Shown here: positions 10,407-19,231 of the stretch, in pieces | Layout: the number at the start of each line of letters is the position of its first letter | How positions within the stretch are numbered: position 1 is the stretch's first letter | Origin: Gemmatimonadota bacterium | GTDB lineage: Bacteria; Gemmatimonadota; Gemmatimonadetes; Gemmatimonadales; GWC2-71-9 | NCBI GenBank assembly: GCA_039586895.1 | Contig: JBDHJM010000002.1 | Coordinates: forward strand, 4,473-68,472 | Length of the DNA stretch: 64,000 bases | Direction: 5' to 3' | Made by a program: the position numbers and the translations under genes | Notes under the pieces: generated by a model | Told to the model about the DNA's origin: nothing | Seen by the model: only the letters and a program-made list of their open reading frames with translations | Databases searched by the model: none

Positions 10407-11489
10407 TTACCGGTCAATGGCTTCCATCAGCAGCTCGCCGACCCGGCTGTTGGGGATAATGCCTCCGAACTGGTCGGCCCCCGGGCCCCCCGCGAAGACC
10501 GGCAGCATGGCCGCGGTGTGTCCCGTGGTGGTGTAGCGCGCTTCGGGGCGGCCGTCTCGGCCGGTTACGATTGACAGCCCGCCCGTCTCGTGGTCGCCCA
10601 GCACCACAATGAGTGTCTCGGGATGGCGCCGCTGGTATTCGAGGCCGATCCGTACGGCGTCATCGAAGGCCCGCAACTCGCGGGCCAACACCTCGAACGG
10701 CTCGTTGTCGTGCGCCTGCGTGTCGGTCTCCTCGCTCTCGACCATCAGGAAGAAGCCCCGAGGGTTCCGGTCGAGGATGGCCAGTGCGGTCTCGGTCATG
10801 GCTGCCAGAGTGGGGGCGCGCTCCGGGGCGAGCGCCATGTCCCTGTCCGCGAACAGCCCCACGAGATTGCTTAAGGTGTCGGAATCCAGGTCCCGAAACG
10901 CGCTGTCGGTCTCGACGTAGGCGTAATCCGCCTGCAGCCGCTGCAGCAGCCGCGTGGAGTCTTCGTCCATCACGCGCCAGAACCATGCGCGGCCGCCGCC
11001 CATGAGCACGGTCACACCGGCCGCGGCCATCTGCTTGGCCACCTCGGCATGGTTGCGGCTGTCGTAGTGAGCGCAAAAGGCCGCCGGGGTGGCGTCCGTG
11101 AGCCGAGTGGTAGTGATCAGGCCGGTAGAGCGCCCCAGCTCGGCGGCCAGCTCGAGCACGGTGCGGCGCGGCATCGAGTCGGGGCCGAGCGAGATCATGT
11201 GCTCCTGCGTCCGTACGCCCGTGGCGTAGGCCGAGGCCGATGCCGCACTCTCGGTAACGGTGTGGTCCGAGCCCCGCGTGTCGATGAGTCCCACCGTGGG
11301 CAGGCGAACGAATGCCGGATCCTCGATCGTGAGCCGGGCCGCGGTCCAGTGGCCGGCCCCCGCTCCATCGGCCACGAACAGGATGACGCGAGCCGCTCCC
11401 TCCTGAGCGCCTGCGGAACATGCGGAACTCAGGGGAACCGTCAGGAACACCGCCAGCCGAACCGCGTATCGCAACATGCCGGGTCGCAT
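10407..11489 (-). CDS. Secreted alkaline phosphatase (PhoA family)
   Basis: Signal peptide MRPGMLRYAVRLAVFLTVPLSSACSAGAQ. Nucleophile region TVTESAASASAYATG (compare DSAASATA of PhoA). Also VESEETDTQAH and GDHETGG motifs. The start at 11489 is chosen from the signal peptide; 11477 or 11534 are also possible. Confidence 0.85.
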   Translation of the reverse strand: MRPGMLRYAVRLAVFLTVPLSSACSAGAQEGAARVILFVADGAGAGHWTAARLTIEDPAFVRLPTVGLIDTRGSDHTVTESAASASAYATGVRTQEHMISLGPDSMPRRTVLELAAELGRSTGLITTTRLTDATPAAFCAHYDSRNHAEVAKQMAAAGVTVLMGGGRAWFWRVMDEDSTRLLQRLQADYAYVETDSAFRDLDSDTLSNLVGLFADRDMALAPERAPTLAAMTETALAILDRNPRGFFLMVESEETDTQAHDNEPFEVLARELRAFDDAVRIGLEYQRRHPETLIVVLGDHETGGLSIVTGRDGRPEARYTTTGHTAAMLPVFAGGPGADQFGGIIPNSRVGELLMEAIDR

Positions 11490-11591
11490 GCTCACCAGGT
11501 TGCCCCCAAGTGCAGAATCGGCATCTTGTGACATCGAGTTCGAGTGCGCACCATTTTTCCCCGGCAGAAGCTTAACGCGGGAAGGTCTACA

Positions 11592-12455
11592 ATGCGACGA
11601 GCCCTCGCAGCCATCATCCTGGCAGCAGCTCCCTGCGCGGTGAGCGCGCAGGAGGTGCCCGAACGTCCGTTCAGGATTCTCATCACCAACGACGACGGCT
11701 ACAATTCCCCGGGCATGCGGGTGCTGGTGGACTCGCTCGCGTCGCTGGGCGAGGTGACCGTTGCGGCGCCGGCGGAGCAGCAGAGCGGTGTGTCGCACAG
11801 CATTCGACTCAAGAACCCGATCGAGGTGGATGAGTTCGCCAACCCGCACGGCATAAAGTGGTACGCGGTGGACGCGCGCCCCTCCACCACGATTCGCCTC
11901 GCGCTAAATGCGCTTCTCGATACGCTGCCCGATCTCGTGGTGTCGGGCATCAACGTCGGGGACAACGTAGGGCTCACGTCCTGGCTCTCGGGCACCGTGG
12001 CCGGCGCCCGGGAGGCGGCGTTCCACGGCGTGCCCGCCATGGCCGTCTCGATGGGTTCGGGTGCCTTGGATGACTACCGTGCGGCGGCGGGGATCGTGCG
12101 GGAGCTGGTGCTGCGGCTGCGCGACGGGGGGATGCTGGAGCCGGGCCTGCTGCTCAACGTGAACCTGCTGGCCCCGAGCTCGATGCCCATGAAGGGTGTG
12201 CGCGTGGCGCGCCAGAGCACGGCACCCAACACTGCAAACTACGAGCCGCGCACTTCCCCGCGGGGACAGCTCTATTTCTGGGACATGTGGCAGCCGGCAT
12301 TCGATGACGTCGAGGGCACGGACCTGTTCGGCTTCAACCGCGGCTATGTCGTCATCACGCCGTTCAGGATCGATCAGACGGACGAGCGTCTGATGGAACG
12401 GCTGCGGTCGCGCCTGGAAGTGGACTTCGAGGTGCCCGAGGAGCCGGGGGGCTGA
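11592..12455 (+). CDS. surE: 5'/3'-nucleotidase SurE homolog carrying an N-terminal signal-peptide-like extension
   Basis: ILITNDDGYNSPGMRVL and SGINVGDN motifs. These are preceded by MRRALAAIILAAAPCAVSAQE. The alternative upstream ATG at 11544 would only lengthen the extension. Confidence 0.85.
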   Translation: MRRALAAIILAAAPCAVSAQEVPERPFRILITNDDGYNSPGMRVLVDSLASLGEVTVAAPAEQQSGVSHSIRLKNPIEVDEFANPHGIKWYAVDARPSTTIRLALNALLDTLPDLVVSGINVGDNVGLTSWLSGTVAGAREAAFHGVPAMAVSMGSGALDDYRAAAGIVRELVLRLRDGGMLEPGLLLNVNLLAPSSMPMKGVRVARQSTAPNTANYEPRTSPRGQLYFWDMWQPAFDDVEGTDLFGFNRGYVVITPFRIDQTDERLMERLRSRLEVDFEVPEEPGG

Positions 12456-12461
12456 GCGGGT

Positions 12462-13376
12462 TCAGCGCGCGGCCTTCGCGCTCCGATACGCCCTGAGCCG
12501 CCGCAGCATGCGGCGGTCGGTGGCTCCGGCATCGTCGCCCTTCGGGGTCTCGATGATCTTGATAACCCCCCCGAAGCGCGGATCCCGCATCGCCCGCCGA
12601 AACGGTGCGGGACCCATGGTGCCCTCGCCGATCAGGGCGTGACGGTCGCGCCGCGAGCCGAACGCGGCAACCGAGTCGTTGAGGTGCAGGCACTTGAGGT
12701 GCTCGAGCCCTACGGTCTCGTCCCACGCGCGCCACACCCCGTCCCAATCGTTGACCAGATCGTAACCGGCCGCATGCAGGTGGCACGTGTCGGCACAGAA
12801 CCCGATGCGCTCCTGCAGCTCGGGCCGCACCCGGTCGCGCAGGGCGGCCAGCTCCTCGAAAGTGGCTCCCAGTGCGGTGCCGGCCCCCGCGGTCGTCTCG
12901 ATCAGGATGACCGGTCCGGCCACCGCAGCGAGGCACTGTTCATATGCCGCCGCGTTGCGGACCAGCCCGGTCGCGCGCTCGTCCATGTAGTTGCCCGGGT
13001 GGGTCACCACGTAGGGCACGCCGAGAGCGCGGCACCGCGTGAGCTCGCTCTTGAAGCTGTTGATGGAGCGCGCCCTGAGCGCCGGCACCGGTGACGCGAG
13101 GTTGATGAGATAGGAGTCGTGTGACACCACCACGCGGATGCGCGTGGCGGAGAGCGCCGCCTGGAATCGGCCCGCCTCCTCTCTGCCCATCTTGGGCTCG
13201 CGCCACTGGTTCGGCGTCTTGGTGAAGATCTGGATTGCGGTGGCGCCGATCTCGGCGCCGCGCGCCGGAGCGGCGTCCACCCCGCCCGCGGTGGATACGT
13301 GAGCGCCCAGCAGGTCGGCCGCGCTCAGGAGGGGGCCTCGAACGCTTCCTGCGAGAGCAGGGGCACGAAGCGGCAT
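12462..13376 (-). CDS. nfo: Endonuclease IV (AP endonuclease, Nfo family)
   Basis: LLGAHVSTAGG, IQIFTKTPNQW, VVSHDSYLINLAS, VTHPG and CADTCHLHAAGYD motifs. The start is uncertain: the first in-frame ATG (13376) overlaps the pcm 3' end by 52 nt. Confidence 0.85.
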   Translation of the reverse strand: MPLRAPALAGSVRGPLLSAADLLGAHVSTAGGVDAAPARGAEIGATAIQIFTKTPNQWREPKMGREEAGRFQAALSATRIRVVVSHDSYLINLASPVPALRARSINSFKSELTRCRALGVPYVVTHPGNYMDERATGLVRNAAAYEQCLAAVAGPVILIETTAGAGTALGATFEELAALRDRVRPELQERIGFCADTCHLHAAGYDLVNDWDGVWRAWDETVGLEHLKCLHLNDSVAAFGSRRDRHALIGEGTMGPAPFRRAMRDPRFGGVIKIIETPKGDDAGATDRRMLRRLRAYRSAKAAR

Positions 13377-13978
13377 CCCCCGGCCGAGTGGTGCCGGAAC
13401 CCGTCCGCCCGGCGCTCGACGATCGTCAGGTCCTGCAGCGCGCGGTCGCCCAGCGGGATCACCAGGCGGCCTCCCAGAGCCAGCTGGTCCAGCAATGGCG
13501 CCGGAGGGCGGGGCGCCGCCGCCGCCACCACGATGGCGTCGTAGGGAGCCGCCTCGGGGTGTCCCAGCGCCCCGTCGCCCACGACGGTCGTGACATTGCA
13601 GAATCCCAGGTCCGCGAGCCGCCGCTCGGCGCTGCGGGCCAGCGGCTCCAGCCGCTCGACGGTCCATACGTGGTGGGCCAGCTTGGCCAGAATGGCGGCC
13701 TGATACCCGGTGCCGGTGCCTACGTCGAGCACGACGGAACGCCGGCCCACCCGTGCCGCCTGCGTCATCAGCGCAACGATGTAGGGCTGCGAAATCGTCT
13801 GGTCGTAGCCTACGGGCAGCGGCGAGTCGGCATAGGCCTGGTCCCGCAGCCCCGGCGGCACGAACTCGGCCCGCGGCACGGCGGCCATCGCTGCCAGCAC
13901 CCGGCGGTCTGTGATGTCACGCGCCGCGAGCTGGCGGCGCACCATGTCATGAATCCGGGGATCTTTGGGGCGCGCCAC
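13325..13978 (-). CDS. pcm: Protein-L-isoaspartate O-methyltransferase
   Basis: Motifs: QTISQPYIVALM, VLDVGTGTGYQAAILA, GGRLVIPLG. Confidence 0.93.
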   Translation of the reverse strand: MARPKDPRIHDMVRRQLAARDITDRRVLAAMAAVPRAEFVPPGLRDQAYADSPLPVGYDQTISQPYIVALMTQAARVGRRSVVLDVGTGTGYQAAILAKLAHHVWTVERLEPLARSAERRLADLGFCNVTTVVGDGALGHPEAAPYDAIVVAAAAPRPPAPLLDQLALGGRLVIPLGDRALQDLTIVERRADGFRHHSAGGCRFVPLLSQEAFEAPS

Positions 13979-13996
13979 TGAATGCCGCAGCGGCGG

Positions 13997-14740
13997 TTAA
14001 GCGTCGCCGCCGTCGCCGGGCTCCTTGGGGCGGAAGCGCCCGAACACGGAGTTGCGCCGCTTCGACCCCTCGCCGTTCTCCAGCTGCGATTCGGCCTCAG
14101 CGGCGCGGCGCTCGATATCCAGCTTGGATTTGCGGAGCCGCTCCACCAGCTCGCGCTCGTGGGTGAGCTCGGTGCGCAGCGATTCCAGCTCCCGCTCGAG
14201 CGCGGTGGTGTCGAACGCTGGCGGGGGCGGAGGTGCCGCGGGCGGCGCGGGGGCCGGCGCCGGCTCCTGAGCCGGGGGCAGCGTACGGTTGGCCTGTTCG
14301 GCCAGCTTCTCGCTCAACTCGCCCAGCATGACTTGGGTCCGCTCGACGGCCTCCCCGACGCGCATCAGCTCGCGGGCCATCTGCCACATCGCGTCGCGCT
14401 GCTCCCGCTCGCTCTTGAGCAGGGTCGCCACGGTGTCGTCGGCCGGTTTGTCACCGGGCTCGGGCTGGGCTTGGGGCCGGGCCCGCGCCGGTGCGGGGCC
14501 GCCGAACAGGTTGGCCTCGACCTCTTCGTGGGTGCGGCCCTGTGCGTATCCCTCGGCGATGGCACGCAATGTGGCCACCGCCTCCTCCGGGTAACGCCGC
14601 CTCCGTCCCATCCCCACGGTGGCTATGTGGGCCGCGAACGCGTCCCGGTAGTAGCGCACCGTCGACTCGGGCAGGTTGAGCTCGCGGGCGATCTGGCGCA
14701 GGGTATAGAGCGGGGTGTCGCTCATAGGGATCCAGGACAA
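13997..14740 (-). CDS. MerR-family HTH regulator with Pro/Ala-rich linker and C-terminal coiled coil
   Basis: MerR-type HTH YTLRQIARELNLPESTVRYYRD. The C-terminal part contains PAPAPAPPAAPPPPP followed by a heptad-like segment LERELESLRTELTHERELVERLRKSKLDIERR. Confidence 0.7.
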   Translation of the reverse strand: MSWIPMSDTPLYTLRQIARELNLPESTVRYYRDAFAAHIATVGMGRRRRYPEEAVATLRAIAEGYAQGRTHEEVEANLFGGPAPARARPQAQPEPGDKPADDTVATLLKSEREQRDAMWQMARELMRVGEAVERTQVMLGELSEKLAEQANRTLPPAQEPAPAPAPPAAPPPPPAFDTTALERELESLRTELTHERELVERLRKSKLDIERRAAEAESQLENGEGSKRRNSVFGRFRPKEPGDGGDA

Positions 14741-14858
14741 GTCGTTAACAAGATAAAGGATTGTGGCCGGCGGGCCACCGCGGACGCGGATCGGTGCAAC
14801 CCGCCGGTCGCACCGTGGGTATACTTATCGCTTACTCCCCCGTGCGGAGGGACCTCCC

Positions 14859-17800
14859 GTGAAGTTGTCGGACACCGCCATCCGCCGGCCGGTGCTCACC
14901 AGCATGGTGAGTACGGCCCTCGTGCTCTTCGGGGCCATCGGGTTCCTGCGGCTCCCGGTCCGCGAGTACCCGGATGTGGACTCCCCGGTCGTTTCCGTCT
15001 CCACCTTCCTGCGCGGCGCCAACCCGCGGGTGATCGAGTCGACCGTGACCGACATCCTGGAGGAGGAGCTCAGCACGATCCCCGGATTGCGCACGCTGAC
15101 GAGCTCGAGCGTCGAACAGTTCAGCAACATCACCCTGGAGTTCACGCTGGACCGCGACCTCGAAGAGGCAGCGCAGGATGTCCGCGACAAGGTCTCACGC
15201 GTCAGGGGCCGGATGCCCCAGGACATCGAGGAGCCGGTCGTCACGAAACAGGACGCCGACGCCCAGCCCTTCTTCTGGCTGGCTCTGTCGGGCCACAACT
15301 ACGACCTGCTCCAGCTGTCCGACATCGCCGACCGCGAGGTGAAGACGCGGCTGCAGACCCTGACGGGCGTAGGCCGAGCGCAGGTGTTCGGAGAGCGCCG
15401 CTATTCGATGCGGATCTGGCTGTCGCCGAGCCGGCTCGCCGCCCAGGGTCTCACCGTGCAGGACGTCCAGAGCGCGGTGCAGAGCCGCAACGTGGAGATC
15501 CCGGCGGGCCGCATCGAATCGGAGCGGCGCGAGTTCACGGTGCGCTCGCTCGGGGAGCTGAAGACTCCCGACGAGTTCGGCGACATGACCGTGGCCAACC
15601 AAAACGGCCAGCTCGTGAAGCTCGATGACGTTGCCAGGGTGGAGCTCGGTCCGGAGAACGACCGCGCGGTGCTGCGCTTTCGCGGTGCCTCGGCGGTGGC
15701 CATCGGCGTGGTGCGGCAGTCCAAATCCAACCTGATCGAGGTGTCGGACGGCATCCGCTCCGAGCTGCCCAATATCCAGGAAGCGCTGCCGCCGGGCGTG
15801 AACATAGACATCGCATTCGACGGTGCGGTCTTTGTGCGGCGCTCCATCCAGGAGGCCGAGGACACCCTGCTCATCGCGGGCGTGCTCGTGGTGATCATCA
15901 TCTTCATGTTCCTGCGCAACCCGCGCGCGACCGTGATACCGGGTCTCGCCATCCCGGTGTCCATCGTGGCGGCCTTCGGCGTGATGTACTTCCTGGGCTT
16001 CACCATCAACAACTTCACGCTGCTGGCACTGATCCTCGCGATCGGCATCGTGGTGGACGACGCGATCATCGTGATGGAGAACGCCTACCGGCATCAGGAG
16101 GAATTGGGAGAAACTCCGGCCGACGCGGCGCGCAAGGGAACCAGCGAGATCGCGTTCGCGGTGATCGCCACGACCGTGGCGCTCGTGGCGGTGTTCTCAC
16201 CGCTCGCGTTCCTCCAGGGGACGACGGGGCGCCTGTTCAACGAGTTCGGCATCACGCTTGCCGTCGCCGTGGTCATCTCGAGCTGGATCGCGCTCACGCT
16301 GTCGCCCATGCTGTGCGCCAAGGTTCTCAAGGTCCCCAAGAGACACGGCCGCGTCTTCGAGTTCTTCGAGCGCTCGTTCCTGGGCGTGGCGAACGTGTAC
16401 GGGGTCGCTTTGAACTGGGCGCTGCGCCACCGCGTAGTCGTGATCGGGGGCGCCGTCGCAGCCGTAGTCGTCGCGGTGGGCGTGTTCCGGACGCTGGAAC
16501 GCGAGTTCGTGCCGCCCGAGGACCGGGGCTGGTTCATGACGATCACGGTGGCGCCCGAGGGAGCTTCGCTGGGCTACACCGACGGCTACCAGCAGCAGAT
16601 CGAAGCCATCCTCGGCAACACAGAGGACATCGAGGCCTACTTCAGCATCATCGGATGGGGCGGCCGGGTGAACAGCGGCGTTGCCTTCGTGCGGCTTGCC
16701 GACTGGGAGGAGCGCGACCGCAGCGTGCAGGAGATCATCGGGGAAGTGCAGCCCCAGTTCTTTGGACTGCCGGGCGTGTTCGCTTTCGCCAACCAGCCGC
16801 CGGCCTTCGGGTGGGGCCAGCCCGTCCAGTTCGTGGTGCGGCACCCCGACTTCGATTCTCTGGGTGCGGGAATGGCCCGGCTGGTCCCGCGGGCCCGGCA
16901 GATTACCGGGCTGGTGAACGTGGACACCGATCTGCGGGTGAACAAGCCGGAGCTCGTGGTGCGCTACGACCGTGACCGCGCGGAGGACCTGGGCGTGCCG
17001 ATCCGCGACGCGTCCTCGACGCTGCAGACCATGCTCGGCGGCCAGCGCATCAGCACCTTCACGCGCGCCAACAAGCTGTACGACGTGATCGCCCAGCTCG
17101 AGCCCGACGAGCGCGCCACCCCCAGCGACATGACCGGGCTGTACGTGCGTGGCCGCGACGGCGCACTGGTGCAGCTCGACCAGGTCGCCACGGTATCCGA
17201 GGGCGTCGGGCCACGGCAGCTGAATCACTTCAACCGGGTGCGGTCGTTCACCCTGAGCGGAAACCTCGCGCCCGGATTCACTTTGGGCGAAGCTCTCGAT
17301 TCGCTCGGCGCGGCGGCGCGGGAGGTGCTGCCTCGGGGCAGCAGTGTTGCGCTGGCCGGCGAGTCGCGCGAGATGGAGGAGAGCGGCTCGGCGCTGTACT
17401 TCGCCTTCCTGTTGGCGCTGGTGGCCGTCTACATGGTGCTGGCGGCTCAGTTCGAATCAATGGTGCACCCGTTCACCGTGCTGCTGTCGGTGCCGCTGGC
17501 GGTGACCGGGGCGCTGGTGACGCTGCTGCTCACTGGGTCCACGCTCAACCTGTTCAGCCAGATCGGCATGATCCTGCTCATAGGCATAGTGACCAAGAAC
17601 TCGATCCTGCTGGTGGAGTATGCCAACCAGCTGAAGGCGAGGGGAATGAGCGCGGCGGAGGCCATGGTCGAGGCGGGGCGCATCCGGCTGCGGCCCATCG
17701 TGATGACGTCGATGGCCACCATCATGGCGACTATGCCGATCGCGCTGGGGCTGGGCGCCGGGGCTGCGAGCCGCCGGCCGCTGGGCTACGCCATCGTAGG

Positions 17801-17924
17801 CGGCCTGCTGTTCTCCACGATGCTCACCATCTTCCTGGTGCCGGTCGTGTACGTGGTGCTGGACGGGATGAGGCTCCGGGTTCGGCGCCGCGCCCCGGAG
17901 CTGGCCCCGGCGGAGGCGCAATGA
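14859..17924 (+). CDS. RND efflux transporter permease (AcrB/HAE1-like)
   Basis: GTG at 14859 with ggagg 9 nt upstream. N-terminus LSDTAIRRPVLTSMV is typical of AcrB-family proteins. About 1020 aa with two 6-TM bundles and large periplasmic loops. Confidence 0.93.
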   Translation: MKLSDTAIRRPVLTSMVSTALVLFGAIGFLRLPVREYPDVDSPVVSVSTFLRGANPRVIESTVTDILEEELSTIPGLRTLTSSSVEQFSNITLEFTLDRDLEEAAQDVRDKVSRVRGRMPQDIEEPVVTKQDADAQPFFWLALSGHNYDLLQLSDIADREVKTRLQTLTGVGRAQVFGERRYSMRIWLSPSRLAAQGLTVQDVQSAVQSRNVEIPAGRIESERREFTVRSLGELKTPDEFGDMTVANQNGQLVKLDDVARVELGPENDRAVLRFRGASAVAIGVVRQSKSNLIEVSDGIRSELPNIQEALPPGVNIDIAFDGAVFVRRSIQEAEDTLLIAGVLVVIIIFMFLRNPRATVIPGLAIPVSIVAAFGVMYFLGFTINNFTLLALILAIGIVVDDAIIVMENAYRHQEELGETPADAARKGTSEIAFAVIATTVALVAVFSPLAFLQGTTGRLFNEFGITLAVAVVISSWIALTLSPMLCAKVLKVPKRHGRVFEFFERSFLGVANVYGVALNWALRHRVVVIGGAVAAVVVAVGVFRTLEREFVPPEDRGWFMTITVAPEGASLGYTDGYQQQIEAILGNTEDIEAYFSIIGWGGRVNSGVAFVRLADWEERDRSVQEIIGEVQPQFFGLPGVFAFANQPPAFGWGQPVQFVVRHPDFDSLGAGMARLVPRARQITGLVNVDTDLRVNKPELVVRYDRDRAEDLGVPIRDASSTLQTMLGGQRISTFTRANKLYDVIAQLEPDERATPSDMTGLYVRGRDGALVQLDQVATVSEGVGPRQLNHFNRVRSFTLSGNLAPGFTLGEALDSLGAAAREVLPRGSSVALAGESREMEESGSALYFAFLLALVAVYMVLAAQFESMVHPFTVLLSVPLAVTGALVTLLLTGSTLNLFSQIGMILLIGIVTKNSILLVEYANQLKARGMSAAEAMVEAGRIRLRPIVMTSMATIMATMPIALGLGAGAASRRPLGYAIVGGLLFSTMLTIFLVPVVYVVLDGMRLRVRRRAPELAPAEAQ

Positions 17925-19231
17925 TAGCGACACTGCTGGCCGCGCTGCAGCTCGCCCTGCCTGCCGCTCAGGGTGCAGTGCCCGCCGCGCAGCAGGCTCA
18001 GGATTCGGTGATGGTCGTGACGCTCGCCGACGCCCTGCAGCGTGCGGCCAACGTGGATCCCAACTACGTGGCCGCTCTGCGGAACATCGTGGACGCCAAG
18101 TGGCAGCAGCGCGCTGCCTACGCGGCGTTCATCATCCCCGCGACCACCTTGTCGGCCACCCAGACGCGGTCCAACCGGGAGGTGTTCAACTTCGGCACGG
18201 GTGAGTTCGCGAACCGGCTGACGCAGGCCCAGGTCGACATGCGGCTCAACCTGTTCCGCGGGCTGAGCAAGTTCTTCGAGGCGGGGCAGGCCGGCGCCAC
18301 GGTGGCGCAGGCCGACGCGAACGAGCTGGCGGCCCGGTTCGAGACCGCCCTGCTCACCGAGTCGGACTACTACGACGTGCTGGCGCAGCGGGAGCTGACG
18401 CGAGTGGTCGAGGAGCGGGTGCGACGGGCCGAGGAGCAGCTCGCCATAGCCCGGGCCCGGGTGACCGCCGGCGCCGCAGTGCAGACCGATTCGCTCCAGC
18501 TGCTGCTCGAGCTGACACGCGCACGAGTTGAACTCCTCAGGCAGCGGGCCACGCTGCGGGTGGCGCGTATCCAGCTGGGCCGGCGCATTGGCGTCCCCGG
18601 GCCGGTGGACGCAGCCCCTCTGGACACGCTGCCTTCGGGGCCGCTGCCGATCACGGAACAGGAGGCGGTGCAGGAGGCGTTGCAGGAAGGACCGAACTAC
18701 CGGGCCGCGGCGGCCGGCGCGCGCGCGGCCGAGCGGGCGTACAGCGCGGCGATGGGTGGGTACCTGCCGCGCATAGACCTGTTCGCGACCTATCAGACGT
18801 TCGGCGACGAGTTCCTGCTGCCCGACGATTCGAGGCGGTGGATCTACGGTTTCTCGATCAACTTCCCGATCTGGAACAACGCGCAGCGGGAGATCCAGCT
18901 GTCCCAGGCGAAATCCAATCGTGAAGTGGCCCGTTCGGTGCGCGACGACACCGAGCGCGAAGTGCGGCGCGACGTGATCGCGGCCTACGAGGTCTTCGAG
19001 ACCGCGCGCGCCAGCGCGGACCTGGCCGAGGATGCAGTGGTCGTCGCGCGCGAGAACCTTCGGGTCAACCAGGAGCGGTACCGTGTGGGCTCGACTACCA
19101 TCCTAGACTTGCTCACGTCTCAGGTGTCGATGGTCGAAGCGGAGGCAGCCTTGGTGCAGGCGCTTCAGGCAGAGCGCCTCGCTCTGGCGGGGCTGGAGGC
19201 CCTGCTCGGAAGAAGGATCTACGGGATATGA
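17921..19231 (+). CDS. TolC-family outer-membrane efflux protein
   Basis: ATGA overlap with the RND gene. Two OEP-type repeats with long helical segments. Signal-like N-terminus. Confidence 0.85.
   Translation: MIATLLAALQLALPAAQGAVPAAQQAQDSVMVVTLADALQRAANVDPNYVAALRNIVDAKWQQRAAYAAFIIPATTLSATQTRSNREVFNFGTGEFANRLTQAQVDMRLNLFRGLSKFFEAGQAGATVAQADANELAARFETALLTESDYYDVLAQRELTRVVEERVRRAEEQLAIARARVTAGAAVQTDSLQLLLELTRARVELLRQRATLRVARIQLGRRIGVPGPVDAAPLDTLPSGPLPITEQEAVQEALQEGPNYRAAAAGARAAERAYSAAMGGYLPRIDLFATYQTFGDEFLLPDDSRRWIYGFSINFPIWNNAQREIQLSQAKSNREVARSVRDDTEREVRRDVIAAYEVFETARASADLAEDAVVVARENLRVNQERYRVGSTTILDLLTSQVSMVEAEAALVQALQAERLALAGLEALLGRRIYGI

Noticed and set aside
14795-14825. MerR-style promoter with a 19-bp spacer (tatact -10 at 14820-14825, tgcaac -35-like at 14795-14800)
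   Set aside because: The -35 match is poor, and promoter consensus for this organism is unknown. I keep only the observation that the intergenic region has an AT-rich patch and short inverted repeats.
13982-15628. 548-aa ORF on the plus strand spanning the MerR gene and the RND start
   Set aside because: It overlaps two genes with clear family signatures, in a different frame or on the other strand. The sequence is Arg/Gly/Pro-rich and featureless.
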